Assembly: GCA_002189035.1 (NCBI GenBank)
Contig: NEEC01000024.1
Location: forward strand, 372,001-436,000
DNA: 64,000 bases
Direction of reading: 5' to 3'
Source: Utricularia gibba
Lineage: Eukaryota > Plantae > Magnoliophyta
Shown in pieces: positions 50,040 to 62,799 of this stretch; position 1 is the stretch's first letter; the number at the start of each line of letters is the position of its first letter. A program made the translations under genes and the position numbers. Below the pieces are notes generated by a model. It was given only the letters and a program-made list of their open reading frames with translations. It ran no database searches and was not told where the DNA came from.

Positions 50040-52014
50040 CTAATTGACCCTAGACGCCTTGGTCACAAATAAATTATCAAACATCATATGCATCGATAAT
50101 TCACCAATATGATCATCATAATCAAAATTCGTGCAAAGGCCATCATGCCCCACGACTTTCACATATAAGCCATCATCATGCTGCGCATATACACGTAAGA
50201 TATGATTCTCGAAAGCATCAATCATCAATCAAATTTCGTGCATCCTAGGGCAGCAAAACAATCCAACATAATCAGATTTCGTTCATTACATGCTATTATC
50301 ATGATCGCCGGCAAGGCAACATACGAGAACATCTCGCAAAATCACATGCTATTACGATGATCACCGGCAAGGCAACATACGAGGACATCTCGAAAAATCA
50401 GCAACGATTATAACGTGTCACCGACAAGGCAACATACGAGAACATCTCGTAAAATCAGCAAAGATTCTAATGTGTCACCAGCAAGGCAACATACGAGAAC
50501 ATCTCGTAAAATCAGCAAAGATTCTAACGTATACACATATTCCGTAACTTGGCTCTGATACCACTGTTGGATTTCTCGTAGACATCGTATGTCTCAATAG
50601 CAACGGAATTTTAAAAATTTTGAGAAACCCCCAACGCAGATCTTGGAATACGGTTTACATCAGACATAGGGATGTTCAAAGTACCTTTCAGATGACTCCG
50701 TTGTTCACCAACCGCCAATAGCAGACGTCCTCTATGGTATCCACACGTGGAGCACTCCGTCGATAACCTTCTCAAGGCTGTTGAATGCTGGTCGAATTTC
50801 TCAGGTGCTAGTAGAGAAAAACGCCTCCTTGTGGATTAGTCTCAGAGAGCACGAAGACCTTGGAGCAGATCTCAAGATCTAAATCTTTTTGATAGATCTT
50901 TTGTGACATATCAAATCATATCTATGTGAGATCTTTTATTTTGAGTTTAATCAATATTAATCTCAAAATAATTCTCTATTTAAATTATCCACTTACCAAT
51001 TACATCTCATGTAATTGTGTCATTCTATTTTATATCGATGACTGACTCCACTATTGTGTGTGACCCTATAGGCTTCCTCAATCAAGGCCATAATAATGGA
51101 TTTATTAATTAACTCTTAATTAATAAAACCCATCATTATCGATCATGAGTGATGTCTAGCAACATATCATGATCCCCAAGATTAAAGAATAATCAGGTGA
51201 ACTGATTGAGTCTTTCCATGTTCAGCCACCATGCAATGAACAGCTTTCATCATACTTATATCTCATTCGGTTCCAGAACATGGGTGTGTGTCTTTCTGAT
51301 GTATTGAACTTATAATTGCATTCAAGCACTAACACTCAATGACCTACTCAAACAATTCGAGTGTCATTACCCTAGGCCCAGGACTTACTGTTAGGTTTTG
51401 ATGCAATTACTTGAGATATGATGTCATCGCTAACATGAGTGATGAATCCTTTATTGATCAATCAACTATCTCCAATCTTAAGGAGTCACATCCCTACTCA
51501 TCCATACTAGGCAAGCCATGGTTAGGCTCCCATTAGTAATGAGCGAAAATGTGAGCTTAAGATCAAGATAACTTTGTTGACCTCAAGTCTAAGCTTATTT
51601 GCACGGCTGTCATATTTGAGATCTTGCTACTGACACTTGATTAGCTTCCCATAGTAGCATCTCGAAGATGAGTCATCCAGTGAATCGATTCTCTAATCGA
51701 CATCCACACATAGGTTCTAGTAATCTCGTTACATCAATTGTGAGAATTATTGCCTAAACTGTTTAGGGAACTCAATGTGTGCCAGCTTATACATATTTGT
51801 GATATCCTCATTTCACAAATAGTCTAGCCAGGGAGAATTAACTTGATCATGAGTGCTTGAAGAATCTCACATTATGATCTCATCATAATTTCTATAGCAC
51901 ATAGATCAAGTAGAGGATTTTATCAATGATATAAATTTGATCACAATTCAAAGTAAATATCAAAAGATAAGATTTGCCAATAAGTTGATTGTCTTTGGAA
52001 CACATACACTAACA
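50040..52014 (-). mobile_element. Angela-like Copia 5' end: LTR 50565-52014, tRNA-iMet PBS and leader
   Basis: On the - strand the LTR runs TGTTAGTG...TCCAACA, followed by G and then TGGTATCAGAGCC (50551-50563). Confidence 0.92.
50289..50536. repeat. 4 x 56-57 bp tandem repeat in the Copia 5' leader
   Basis: Core C(G/A)(G/A)CAAGGCAACATACGAG(A/G)ACATCTCG starts at 50309, 50365, 50422 and 50479. Confidence 0.95.
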
Positions 52015-53660
52015 GAATACCTCTCTTTTTTTGGAGGGTTTTTGAACACACATCTTAACCCACTTTTTCTTGGGAGCTTCGGGTTGGGGAGACGATTGGG
52101 AGTCAGATTGAAGAAGGGGCAAAAACTCTAGATTGGAGCTGGGGGGGAATAATGAAGTTGGGCCATTGCCTATCACGACTGCGATCAAGAACCCAAGAAT
52201 TCGTCAATGAATCTTTTGAAAGCATCATGACCCTAGACTCGTACCAAACGGTATACTCAGTAAGGCTTTGATATACATTCCAACGAGATTCATTCGAGGG
52301 CTTCCAAGGGCCAAAAAGTTTTATCTTCAAAGGGGTTAAGGGGTTTGACCAAAAAGTTCCACCTAGTGCCCACTAGAGAAGCAATCGAGACTAAGGAGGA
52401 TCACCAATTATGATGGGTATTGAGTGCTTTAACTACGAAATCTGGGTGATCCTCAAATCGGTGAAATTGAAAGAGAGTGCATCTGTGCATCAGTGGTTTC
52501 GCCTTAGGGACTGCAACTATGGAAAGTGGGAAAAAATCCACAAGAGACATAGCTAGATCCATACACACCAAAAAGAACAAAAAGGTTATAAAGCAAAAGA
52601 TTGAGTTAGGCACAAGACAGTAGAGCGGAATCGCAAATGTATGAAGAAATCAGATTAAAACTTCTGGAAATCTTCGAGTTAGGTGCAAGACAGTATAGCC
52701 AGATCCATACCTAGCCAACTTTCCTTTTCACCTTCTAGAGTCCAGCCTTCTTTCTCCTTCTCTTTCTCCAATAGCTTGAAACTTTTCTCTCATTTTGGTT
52801 GCAGCAATGACCTGCTTTATCAGACATCTCATCGGAATTCAACATAATGTGTGCTTCGTTGCAACACAAACTTGAAAAAATTAGGGTAGAGTGCTCTCTA
52901 TAAATCAGATTAAACCTTCAGGAAATCTTTTGCATTTTGCATTCAAATGGAGTACTAAATCGGTAAGTCTTACGTGGAAGTTCACGGAGCAGGGGATTCG
53001 GCAAATGCCACGTGAAAATGTAGAAAAGATACCGCCCATACACTTTGTAAGGAGAATGGAGTACCGAAGTGATTTAGACGAAAATCAGTATGAACAAGTG
53101 ATGAGGGATAAATCGGATCAAGTTAATCGGTCTCTGAAAAATAGCCAAAAGGTGTTCTGACACCTTGGCAAAGGCCGACAGGCCGATAAGTGTCAGAGTT
53201 GTCAGCAACGGTCGTTTTGGATAGTCTAAAAAGCAGCCGAATTATGACAATGACAAAGCAGGCGGCGGTTATCCGAAAAGTAGGACCACCACATCTACAG
53301 CAGGCGCAAAAAGCAGCCAACACCTACATAATTCAGAATTCAGTCAGATCAACCTCACCTATAAATATAAGAAACCCCGAAGAAAGTGGGGGTTGGACTC
53401 CAAGCCTTCTAACTTGTATCTTCCCTCACTTCCATCTAGTGAAGTTATTTTCCGGTGAGCTCCGATAGCTCCGTGGTTTTTCTGTTCTCCGATGGTTTCC
53501 ACGTAAAAAATCCTTGTTTTCCTATATTTCATTTAACAGTATCACACCACGCATAACACCTGAACCTTACTCGGATACAACCCACCCAACTATATCCACA
53601 ACCCGAAAATCGATTTCGACTCTAGCCACAATTTTCGCCTTCAACATTTTGGTGCTCACC
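52015..53660 (+). mobile_element. Tat/Retand 3' region: antisense ORF remnant, PPT, LTR 53062-53646, PBS-like stub
   Basis: PNSIFCFITFLFF on the - strand is homologous to 63514-63900. PPT AAGGAGAATGGAG at 53049-53061. CTATAAATA near 53360. Ends TTCAACA|TTT TGGTGCTCACC. Confidence 0.75.
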
Positions 53661-53769
53661 ATCTCGAAATTGTGTCCCAGAAGCTGGTTATGTACCAGTG
53701 AGCAATCAACCTGAGCAATCTAACTTGCCAAATGTACCAAGCACGTTTTCTGTCAAAAGATCAATCTGA

Positions 53770-56415
53770 CAACGTAACCCTATTGTGAGATATGGTTTCA
53801 TTGTTGATGCCGAAGGCATGGGAGACCTTATATTAGATGAGGAACCTCGGACTTATGACGAAGCAATCAATAGTGCTGAGTCAAGTAAATGGCTTGTTGC
53901 CATAGGGGCAGAAATGGATTCCATGTATGAGAACAATGTATGGACATTGGTCAATGATCCAGAGGGAGTAAATCCTATTGGATGCAAATGGATATTGAAA
54001 AGGAAAACTGACATGGATGGAAATATATCTACCTATAAGGTGCGACTTGTGGCAAAAGGGTATCGTCAAAAACAAGGTGTTGATTATGGCGAAACCTTCT
54101 GACCTGTTGCTATGCTGAAGTCCATTCGAATTTTACTTGCCATTGCTGCTCATTTTGATTATGAGATATGGTAGATGGATGTGAAAACAGCCTTCCTAAA
54201 TGGAAATTTGGCTGAGAAAGTGTACATGACACAACCTGAAGGTTTCACACAAGATCCTAGTAAAGTGTGTAAACTGAACAAATCCATCTATGGGCTAAAG
54301 CAAGCTTCAAGAAGTTGGAACATCAAATTTGATGAGACAATTAAAGAGTTTGGTTTCTCTCAAAACGAAGATGAACCTTGTGTATACAAGAAGGTAGATG
54401 GCTTGACAATTGTATTTCTCATACTATATGTGGATGACATATTAGTAATGGGAAATGATGTTGCAACAATGCAATCAGTAAAAATCTGGTTCTCCAAGAG
54501 CTTTTCAATGAATGATCTTGGAGATGCGGCTTATATATTGGGCATAAAGATCTATAGAGATAGATTAAAGAGACTGATTGGATTATCACAATCGACCTAC
54601 ATCGATAAAGTGTTAAAGAGGTTTAACATGGCTGATTCCAAGAGAGGTTTAATGCCCATGACACATAAGGCACTTTCAAAAGCGATGTGCCCCAAGACAG
54701 AAGAAAAAAGGGATCAGATGGCTCGAATCCCATATGCTTCTGCTATTGGGTCAATAATGTACGCCATGCATCGTACTAGACCAGATGTGTCATATGCTTT
54801 AAGTGTTACAAGCATATATCAGTCGAACCTTGGAATGGATCATTGGACCGCTGTCAAGAGCATTCTTAAGTACTTGAGAAGGACTAAAGACATGTTCTTG
54901 ATATATGGTGGTAAAGGTCTCCAAGTGGAAGGATATGCTGATGCAAGTTTCCAGTCTGATCATGACGACTTGAAGTCTCAATCAGGATACATATAACCCT
55001 GAATGGAGGAGCAGTCACTTGGAAGAGTTCTAAGCAAGAAACGACTGCTGATTCAACAATGGAAGCAGAGTACATTGCTGTCAGCGATGCTGCAAAAGAA
55101 GCTGTTTGGATTAAGAAGTTTTTCAGCGATCTAGGAGTACTCCCAAATGTTGAGGATGCTATACTCCTATATTGCGATAACACTGGAGCTATTGCAAATG
55201 CTAAGGCACCTTGATCACATCAGAAATCCAAACACATGCTTCGACGCTACAATGTGATCAGAGAGATCATTGGTAGAGGCGATGCCAGAATTGAGAAAGT
55301 GGACACAAAGGAGAATGTAGCAGATCCACTTACAAAGATGCTTCCACATAAGGTCCATGAGATGCACATAGAATCCATTGGTATGAGATACATCAATGAT
55401 TGGCTCTAGTACAAGTGGGAGATTGTTAGTGTATGTGTTCTAGAGGCAATCAACTCATTGGCAAATCTTATCTTTTGATATTTACTTTGAATTGTGATCA
55501 AATTTATATCATCGATAAAATCCTCTACTTGATCTATGTGCTATAGAAATTATGATAGATCATATCTCAAGTAATTGCATCAAAACCTAACAGTAAGTCC
55601 TGGGCCTAGGGTAATGACACTCGAATTGTTTGAGTAGGTCATTGAGTGTTAGTGCTTGAATGCAATTATAAGTTCGATACATCAGAAAGACACACACCCA
55701 TGTTCTGGAACCGAATGAGATATAAGTATGATGAAAGCTGTTCATTGCATGGTGGCTGAACATGGAAAGACTCAATCAGTTCACCTGATTATTCTTTAAT
55801 CTTGGGGATCATGATATGTTGCTAGACATCACTCATGATCGATAATGATGGGTTTTATTAATTAAGAGTTAATTAATAAATCCATTATTATGGCCTTGAT
55901 TGAGGAAGCCTATAGGGTCACACACAATAGTGGAGTCAGTCATCGATATAAAATAGAATGACACAATTACATGAGATGTAATTGGTAAGTGGATAATTTA
56001 AATAGATAATTATTTTGAGATTAATATTGATTAAACTCAAAATAAAAGATCTCACATAGATATGATTTGATATGTCACAAAAGATCTATCAAAAAGATTT
56101 AGATCTATAGATGTGCTCCAAGGTCTTCGTGCTCTATGAGACTAATCCACAAGGAGGCGTTTTTCTCTACTAGCACCTAAGAAATTCGACCAGCATTCAA
56201 GAGCCTTGAGAAGGTTATCAACGGAGTGCTCCATGTGTGGATACCATAGACGTCGTCTGCTATTGGCGGTTCGTGAACAACGGAGTCATCTGAAAGGTAT
56301 TTCAGAATCCCTTTGTCTAATGTATACCGTATTCCAAGATCTGCGTTGGGGGTTTCTCAAAATTTTTAAAATTCCGCTGCTTTTGAGACATACGATGTCT
56401 ACGAGAAACCCAACA
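53770..56415 (+). mobile_element. Angela-like Copia 3' half: RT-RNase H, PPT, 3' LTR 55424-56415
   Basis: PIGCKWILKRK, KSIRILLAIAAHFDYEIW*MDVKTAFLNG, LYVDDIL, SQSGY. PPT AGTGGGAGAT at 55414-55423. Several stop codons. Confidence 0.95.
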
Positions 56416-57305
56416 AGTAGCAGTGGGGGTGATGAGAGATTATCCTTGAGTTTTTCGAAAGCGACTCGACAATCCTCGTTCCATTCCACAGTATTCGCCT
56501 TTCGGAGGGCCCTTAAGAACAATGCGGATTTGTCTACCAACCGAGATATGAATTGATTGAAGGCGGCTAGCTTACCTGTAAGGCTTTGATATTCCTTAAC
56601 TGTCCTCTAGGGCTGCATTTCACATATTGCCTTGATCTTTGCGGGGTCGGGCTCGATCCCCCTCTCTGATACGTAATAACCAAGGAATTTTTTGCTATGT
56701 TCACCAAAGCAACATTTTAAAAGGTTGAGTTTTAACCCGTATGATCGACATAGAGAGAAACAAAAATCCAAATAAGCCAAACGATCTTCTTCATCCATTG
56801 ATTTCACGATCATATCGACCACATAGATCTCCATGGAGGTACCAATTTCGGAAGCGAAGATTTTGTTCACAAGCCTTTGATAAGTAGCCCTAGCATTTTT
56901 CAAATCGAAAGGCATCGCGATGTAACATGACCGGGTGGCTGGTTGGTCGATATCCAGCATGCAAATGTCCCTTGATATTGGAAACTTAACTTTCAGGTGC
57001 ACGATTGAGGGTATCATGTCGAATTGGTTGATCCCTGGTTGGTCAAGAATGATGTTATATGAAACCTCTGAATCTAATATCAAGAATTCCAGCCTCTCAG
57101 TCCGGTTTCACTCTGCCACACCGAATGTCACGGGTAGGGCTATTTTCCCGACCGTCTGCACAACCTATTGATTGAAAGCATATAATTCCATGCGGATTGG
57201 GCAGATCTCTCCCTCCTTGGATGACGTAAGTAATTCGGGCACCTCTTTCTTCATGATGTTGCAGATGGATCCTTGGTCGATGAGGATCCTTCTTACCTTG
57301 ATGCT
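56416..57305 (-). mobile_element. Tat/Retand protease-RT remnant
   Basis: RRILIDQGSICNIM, YNIILDQP, MPFDLKNARATYQRLVNKIF, IYVVDMIVKS, AFEKLKDNLSSPPLL. Confidence 0.85.
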
Positions 57306-57308
57306 TCC

Positions 57309-60238
57309 GCATACCAGTGTCAGACGTTGCTTGCAAGTCATCCCAAGTTCAACAGAATCACAACGACACAAAATCTCAGACCCTCATTGAAGTGGGAGTT
57401 TTGTTCAAACGAAAAGTAGTAGTTACTTTAGTTTTCTTTTTTTGTTTTTCTCTCTCTAGAGGATTTTTCCTCTAGCTTCTCTTTAGAACCTTGTTTGCGT
57501 TTTCTTTAGTTTGTATGGTCGTTCGCGGCTAGAAAACTTCCGTTTCTAGGTTGGAACACCACCAGATCTATGTATCGTTAGCTTATCTTCACATTTTCTC
57601 TAAATCCGAACAGGTTTCGTATGTCTTCGCGCGACATTGTTGCAGTCTTTCTATAATAGTCCCTTTATTCAAGATTCATAGTTAGCTGATCACTACCCAC
57701 GGATTTTGGAGAGGAGCAAGGTGGAAAGTTGCTCCATGTTGAATTTTCAACATTTAAATTGTGTTGAATTTTTTTTTCCTGTTTTCGTGCTCCATGTTTT
57801 TATTTTCTTTTTAGTTTTTGTTTGTGAAAAATCCCCAGTATACTCCTCAAGTACATTTGCTTCCATGAATAAGGCTAGAATTTTTAAGATTGATCATGCT
57901 TAGGTTCATAAATTCCTTGCTGCAAGAAAAATACTTTAATTATTTTTCTTTCTAAATATCAAGCTTTGGTTGCATGTTTTAGGAAAGATTATACCATGGC
58001 TATGATTACATTTTCATTACTTGTATATATTATGCTGTGAATAAATTTTTGTTGCTCCTATAGTGACCAGACCGAGACACACAAAAAAAAAGGAGAAAAA
58101 AATAGGGGTGCCAAAGGTAAGGATGTTTGGCGAAACCGTGGTTAACACCACACATGAGGTTTTGTAATCCAAATATTCTTCCCCAAAGCGGGGACCTCTA
58201 TCAAAAAAAAAAAGCAGAAAGAAAAAGGTCTTGAGTCACTATAATGTATGTTTTTTGCTGTTTTGCCTTGATGATGTAGTGTATAAGTAATCATTGGTTA
58301 AATCTTTACCTGATCCATGCGAACTTGAGTGGCTTACCTTAATTTGATTGAAGGATAGGAAAAGAATTGGAGTAAACACCTACTATAGGAACAATGTACC
58401 TTAGTAATGCGTCATGACTTAGGTTCTGCCCTTTTTCGTGGACTGCTATAATTTTCATACTTGAGGACAAGCATGATTTAAGTGTGGGGCGTCATTTAAG
58501 TTAATTATTAGGTATTATTATGTGTTAATTATGTATGAAGTCGCCCAAATTAGGAGTCTTATTATTAAGTATTTGATTTTTATTAGAAAATTCCTATTTT
58601 CCCATTTTGTGTATATTTTATGTCTTTTTTCTCACACTTTGACCGAGACATGTCAGGAGACTGTCATAGAGTGTTGCAGAAGTATTGCAGGTGGTCAGAC
58701 TCTGAGTTTTCGTGCCTTGTACGCGAGTTGGAATGATTGTGGGCGGAAGACTGACATTGGTCAAGACCCATGACTTACGGCATGTCAGAGTCTGCAGCAA
58801 TGATTGAGCGCAAATTTGCAAGCAAAGAAAGGCTGCTGGCGCACGCAAGACAGAAGGAATGATGGGAAGGGAACCCAAAGGAGTTAATCCATGTGGGAAG
58901 TCATATAAAACCCTTTAGTTTCTGGGAAGTAGATGAAGTTTCCTTCCAAGTCCTGAGCAATACACTCGATTCTTCATTGAATTCAATTCGAATTCCGCAT
59001 ACTTCCACGTGTCTTTTTGCAGTCTTTCTGTAACGACTCTTAGTCAAGGTCCATGAGTAGCAGGCCACTTCTCGTGGATTTTGGTGAAGATCAAGGTGAA
59101 GAGCACCAACTCCAACCCTGCTGGTTCGAGGGAAGTAGCAGATTGTTTGTAGCCTAGGTACCGCGACAGTGGACAGGTTGTGACCTCGGACCTACCACAG
59201 GCCATTGGCAATAGCTGGGCACACGCGCACAATTCGGCTTTGAAGGCAATCGAAGGCAATCCTCTTGTCTTCCTAATTGTCCAAGGGGGAATCACATGAG
59301 GCTATTGCCGTGCCTCCTTGTCAATCAGAGTGTAAGGGAGAGTAGACTATTCCTTGCTCCTATAACCACCTATTCAGAAGAAATCAATGAAAACCGAGGC
59401 AAGGACGGACAAAGGAAGGAGATGGAGTCTTATTCCCAGGAACTGCATCCCGTAGTCAAGGCCCATCACTTAGGTTGCATCTTTTATTTCTGCATCTTAA
59501 AAACCCCCTTTTACAAAACCGTGACATTTTATGAAAGTTTCTTGCAAACACTTTTCACGAAAAACAACTCCCTGAGATCGATACTCGTACTACGCTTTCT
59601 AGTGGTTTACGTTTTAAAATATTTAAAATTTGTTGAGGAAACGACACGCAACAAATTTTTGGCGCCGTTACCGGGGAGTTGTGTATTTTTGTGTTTAGTG
59701 TTATGTATAGTTTTTCTTTTTCTTTTCTTTTTCTTTCTTTCTTCTTTTTTCTTTTATTTACGTTTTTTTGTTGAGGAAACGACACGCAACAGGTACGCTG
59801 GCAAGACCTCTTATTCTCACGTTCGTCCAAGAAGGAGCAACATCGGGCTATTCCCGTGCCTTCTTGCAAGAGAGTGTAAGGGAGGGTAGGCAATTCCTTA
59901 CTCCTATAACCGAGTACTCGAGAAGACCAGAGAAGAGTGAAGACGCAACGAACATAGCTAGAGGGGATTCCAAACCCAGGAACATTTACTTTATTTAAGG
60001 TTCATCGCTTACGTTTATTTCAGTTGATTGTACAAAACCCTCTTATTCCCTTAAGCTTCATCACCAACGTTTCTCACACCTTTTACCTTCAAAACCATTT
60101 AAAAATCATGGCAGTTGTATTCGGGGTGCCTCACCTTTCACTCAAAAACAACTCCCTGTGTTCGACACCCATACTACCCTTTTGTATTTTACGAGTTTTC
60201 ATAGTATTAAAAATTTGTTGTGAAAACGACACGCATCA
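57309..60238 (+). mobile_element. Nested Athila composite: subfamily-2 LTR left part, 3' internal region, PPT, subfamily-1 LTR, PBS, second LTR terminus, subfamily-2 LTR right part
   Basis: LTR2 57309-57728. TTGAGGACAAGC...AAGTGTGGGG at 58461-58489. LTR1 about 58490-59653. PBS TGGCGCCGTTACCGGGGA at 59660-59677. TTGTTGAGGAAACGACACGCAACA repeated at 59768-59791. LTR2 59792-60238, ending GCATCA. Confidence 0.8.
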
Positions 60239-62035
60239 GTGGCCAAATGGGCTATCGGATTGAGCACTATGGATATCGAATTTAGATCGGGAACAGCAAT
60301 CAAGGCACAGCCTCTCGCCGATTTTGTGGTTGAGATGACCAGGCCGATTGACCGATTCGTGGAAATCAGTGACCGATGGGCTATGTATGTCGATGGATCA
60401 ATGTAAAATGGGGCTAGAGGAGGAATGGACATCAGAACTTGAGACAGAGAACACATTTATATCATGGTCAAATTCTCATTCACCACCACCAATAATATCG
60501 TCGAGTACGAAGCGTTGATTGAGGGAATGAAGGTGGTGGAGGAACTTGGAGTTGCGGAACTTGATGCTCACACCGATTCACGACTAGTGTAAGGACAGTT
60601 TTCAACTCATGACCCCCTAATGGCTTTATCTTGTGTTAGGGTGAAGGAGTTAGCTAAGGCCTTCAAAGAATTTACCTTATCACATGTGGCACGCGATGAA
60701 AATGGACCCACGGATAGTCTTGCCCGGTTTATGGCAGGATTTTAGGAGTTAAGGGAGGAAAGTGTGACGATTCAATTGGGGGACCAACCCTCGGTAACCT
60801 AATGGGCAGTGAACCATATTACCCAGCAACCGGTGAATGGCATCTCCCCATAGCTGAATCTCCTCGAAGATTGGAAGTCATCTTATATCCAGTATCTATA
60901 AAGCGAAGAGATACCATCGGACAAATCGGAGGCTCAAAAATTGGAGGTTAGAGCAAACAAGTATATGCTAGTAGATGGAATTCTCTATAGAAGATCCTTT
61001 GGTGGACCTCTACTAAGGTGTATCGGGAAAGAGCATTCTCAAGACCTTATAACCAATTTACATGAGGGGGAGTGTGACAGCCATATCGCGATACGATCTT
61101 TGTGTAGAAAAGCGTTGAGAAGAGGATATTATTGGCCAACTATGAAGCAAGATATCGCAGAAGTGGTCAAGAGGTGCAAGGTAAGCCAATATCATGCGAG
61201 TATACCAAGAAAACCGGTAAACAACCTGACTGTTCTACCACTCTACTGTCCTTTTGACCACTGGGAAGTAGACATCATGGGACCTTTTCCCCAAACCTCG
61301 AGTCAAAGATATTAGAGGAAGCCGTTATCCGATTTCTATGGAGAAACATCTTCATCCGATTCGAAGTACCCTAGGAGCTAGTAACCGATAACGGGACCCA
61401 GTTTGCTGGGGGGAAGATGGACACATTCTTGGATAAGTATTCGATGAAGCACAACTTCACTTCGATATATCACACCTAGAGCAACGGTCATACAGAGGTA
61501 ATGAACCGAACGCTAAGGCAAGGTATGAAAACCAAACTTGAGAATTTCAGGGGATCATGGGTATACCAGTTGGTTGAGGTGTTATGGTCATATCGCACCA
61601 CCCCCTCAAACTACCACAGAGGAGTCCCCTTTCTCACTGGTTTACAGATCGGAAGCCATATGCCTAGTTGAGTTAACACTGAAGAGTTACAGGTTGGAAC
61701 ACTATAATGAACAAGAAAATGCCAATCTGCAGAAACTGGAGTTAGAGTTGTTGGAAGAAAAACGACAAAGTATTTATAGCTGATTAGGGGCTTACCAAAG
61801 AAGAAAAAAGAGGAGTTACAATAAATCAATATCCCCAAGGGAATTCTCGGAAGGAGATTTGGTGCTTCGGAGCATCCAACCACAAAGATATGTTGGTAAA
61901 CTAGAACGTAATTGGGAAGGCCCTTATCGGATTTCTAGGTTAATCGGAAAAGGAGCCTATCGTTTGAAAAAATTGGATGATGTTGAATTCTCGAGATCAT
62001 GGAATGCAACCCATCTAAGGAAATTCTGTGTGTAA
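60239..62035 (+). mobile_element. Tat/Retand pol remnant: RNase H, additional RNase H, integrase
   Basis: VAKWAI, AIKAQPLADFVVEM, TTNNIVEYEALIEG, LHEGECDSH...GYYWPTMKQD...CK, WEVDIMGPFP, DNGTQF, WNATHLRKF. Confidence 0.9.
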
Positions 62036-62799
62036 GCACCTTTGTTATCGACTCCTATTTCGTACTTTATCAATCTTGGTATTTTCTATCTTGAGGCTTT
62101 CAAGTAATTCCTCCGTAAAGGGAATGTATAACGCAATAGCAAAGCCCTAGCCAAGTCATGTAAGCCCAAGCAAACCATCTAAGTCTACACCCCCCGATGG
62201 GCACAGCAAACCAACTCGGGGCTCACAGTATTTGATCCCCTAAACCCAGGCACCATGGAAAAGGGTAAGCCCTAGCACAATTTGGGCCCCGGTTTCGGTA
62301 ACCACACGCGCGGGCCCTGAAAAAGCCCTTAAAGTACGAACTTTACTACCGAATCTCGAGACGGCAAGAGCACCCAAAGCAAATCTGCCCATGTTTTTAA
62401 ACCATAGGGTTTCGGCCAGAAGAGGGGCCACTCGGATTGCGGAAGTTGTGCAACCCATGAGGGGTTTCGATCTGCTTCCCTAGCAGCAGTTCGGCTCATG
62501 TAAGGAAAGGTTAAGACAAATAAAAGTTGAAAAGCCCAGCCAGACGGTTGGCAAAAAAACACAACTTTCAAATCGGGAAAGTTAATCAAAGTAAATACGA
62601 AGGGGGAAAGTGTTCCCAAAACAAATAAAACCAAGTCCCGAAACTAGGGCAAATCCAAACTGTTCGAACCCTAAATCATGGGAAAAAATACTACTTCTAG
62701 AAGAAAAAAATCTAAGATAGAGGATCGGTGGAGGGACGACATGTCCCTCTAGCCTTGCTCTCAGCTTGGCCTCATTCTACCACTGGATCCTAACCTGAA

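Noticed and set aside
50551-50563. tRNA-complementary sequences at 25796, 26860, 30827, 50551 and 59660 as tRNA genes
   Set aside because: These are 13-18 nt primer-binding sites next to LTR termini, with no cloverleaf structure.
56206-56556. Repeated ORFs MRRLSTECS... (38243, 56206) and MSLSM..HHAMNSF... (32861, 55587)
   Set aside because: These are chance frames within Angela-like LTR copies.
59296-59889. Long ORFs with similar peptides (LLVNQSVRESRLFLAPIT) at 10895-11464, 13575-13862, 38837-39037 and 59296-59889
   Set aside because: All lie within copies of the same Athila LTR. The frame is not conserved between copies and there are no domain motifs, so they are chance ORFs.
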